A stretch of DNA of 52,739 nucleotides, from positions 34,901,779-34,954,517 of the forward strand of contig NC_068984.1 in the NCBI RefSeq assembly GCF_001194135.2. Reading direction: 5' to 3'. The stretch's first letter is position 1. Each line of letters starts with the position of its first letter. Under the pieces are notes generated by a model. It had not been told where the DNA came from. It searched no databases and was given only the letters and a program-made list of their open reading frames with translations. Source of the DNA: Octopus bimaculoides. Its lineage: Eukaryota. Positions 51,295 to 52,739 of this stretch are shown here, in pieces. The position numbers were made by a program, and so were the translations under genes.

Positions 51295-52490
51295 TGAACT
51301 ACAAACCGGATTCAACTGTCAATATGGTGGCTTGTGAGAGACGACCGGTGACCTGTGATGAAACACAGAAGTGTATACCTTCACCAAGTGAGCAAGACAA
51401 ATGCTGTGGTAGCAACTACTGTAGGAAGATCTAGAAGTGGGGCGTGGTTGGGATGGTATCAATGAAGAGAGGAAGTATGTAGGAGTGTAGGAGTGAGATG
51501 AAGAGAGGAGGGGAGTCAGATAAAGAAAAGAGGGGAGTTGAGCACATGTGACGCAAAGAAGCGAATAGAGAAGATTAATTCCTATTCACGGTGAATGCAG
51601 GAGTCCGGGTGGATCCTGTGCAAAGACAGGATCTTGTAGCGAATGTTGTAGCGAATGACCGGTAGAGCGGAAATGTGGAAATGGCGTTAGACCGGGATGT
51701 CATTGCCGAGTCTGATGTCTCGGAAATTGTCTGCAAACCGGTCAGCAAAGCGGCGTCCTATTTGACCGATGTACAGGGAAGGGAAAGAAGAGCAGGGGAT
51801 GCAGTAAATGACGTTACTAGAAGTGCAGGGGAAGGTTTTGGTGATGTGATAGGGACAATGATGGGTGCCTTTGAGGGTGGTGGTGTTGAAGAGGTAGGGG
51901 CAATGACGGTAGCTCGGGCGGGAGTTGGTTTTAGGGAAGAAACTGTGGACCTGGAGGTCATGCAGGTTATGGGCTCATTTGAAAGAGGTAAGAGGTAGGT
52001 TGGGAAAGTTATGTGAGGTGGAGTTGTCCGACTGGCGTTGCCGTAAGGCTCGGAGAATGGTGCATTGGAGGGGTCAGGGTGGAAGGGTGATAGGTGAGGG
52101 GAAACGGGGGACGGGCAACTGTGGTGTGGGTGCTGGGAGAAAGAGCAGAGGCACGGTCCACTAAACATGTCCTGGCAAGAGCAGTGTGGATAGTAGTGTG
52201 GGATAACCGCGAAGGATATAGTGGCGAGATAAGTTGCGACTGAGATTCAAAGTCATGGTTGTCACTGCTGAGCCTGCGCAGACGGAGGAAATTGGAGTAA
52301 AGCAAGGAGAGTTTGGTGTGGCTATGGTGGGAAGAGGAGAAGTTATGGAAGGAGTGCGAGTCGGTGTGATTGTAGTGGATGGCGATAGTGAGAGTGGAGT
52401 GGTGTATACTGACAAATATGTCGAGAAATTCGACGGAAGTGTTAGAAATAGTTCAGGAGAATTCGAGGGCAGGATGAATGGTTGTGACAA
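51295..52490 (-). mobile_element. 5'-truncated Penelope-like retroelement remnant: RT C-terminus, linker, GIY-YIG endonuclease, 3' UTR
   Basis: Minus frames: IHPALEFS*TISNTSVEFLDIFVSI...IHYNHTDSHSF..SSSHHSHTKLSLLYSNFLRLRRLSSDN (RT/thumb); FPNLPLTSFK*AHNLHDL (linker); FPCTSSNVIYCIPC..SLYIGQIGRRFADRF..NFRDIR (GIY-YIG, about 51700-51835); RE*ELIF...HVLNS. Confidence 0.9.
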
Positions 52491-52662
52491 AAGAGAAGAA
52501 GAAGTCTATATATCTATGCATGTTTGCATGTGTGTGAGTGTGTGCGCGCGGTTGTGTGCACACTCATGTATGTGCATAATTTCTTTGATAAGTATCAAAA
52601 TACTTGTGGCTTATACATATCAGGATATTTGAATACACACACAAACACACACACACACACGC

Positions 52663-52705
<43 letters not shown>

Positions 52706-52739
52706 GTTTGCGCCGTGAACAGGGATTAATCTTCTATCT

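Overview
AT-rich, microsatellite-saturated eukaryotic scaffold with many N gaps, most flanked by simple repeats. The SINE families and repeat content look like an octopod cephalopod (inferred from sequence style, not a database hit). Most ORFs in the track are artefacts of microsatellites and gaps, and no host gene can be named. Supported features: two tRNA-derived SINE families (one copy with a 13-bp TSD), four decayed Tc1/mariner elements, a 167-bp palindromic MITE, and a 5'-truncated Penelope-like retroelement (RT thumb plus GIY-YIG) at 51.3-52.5 kb. Several short candidate exons are listed at low confidence. The most interesting signal is a ~0.7-kb non-coding insertion (16104-16824) between 16-bp direct repeats. 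It carries a recognisable type I hammerhead ribozyme (16570-16631) with a palindromic helix III and has an inverted duplicated 5' end, which fits a retrozyme-like or non-autonomous Penelope-type element. No activity or family membership has been tested.
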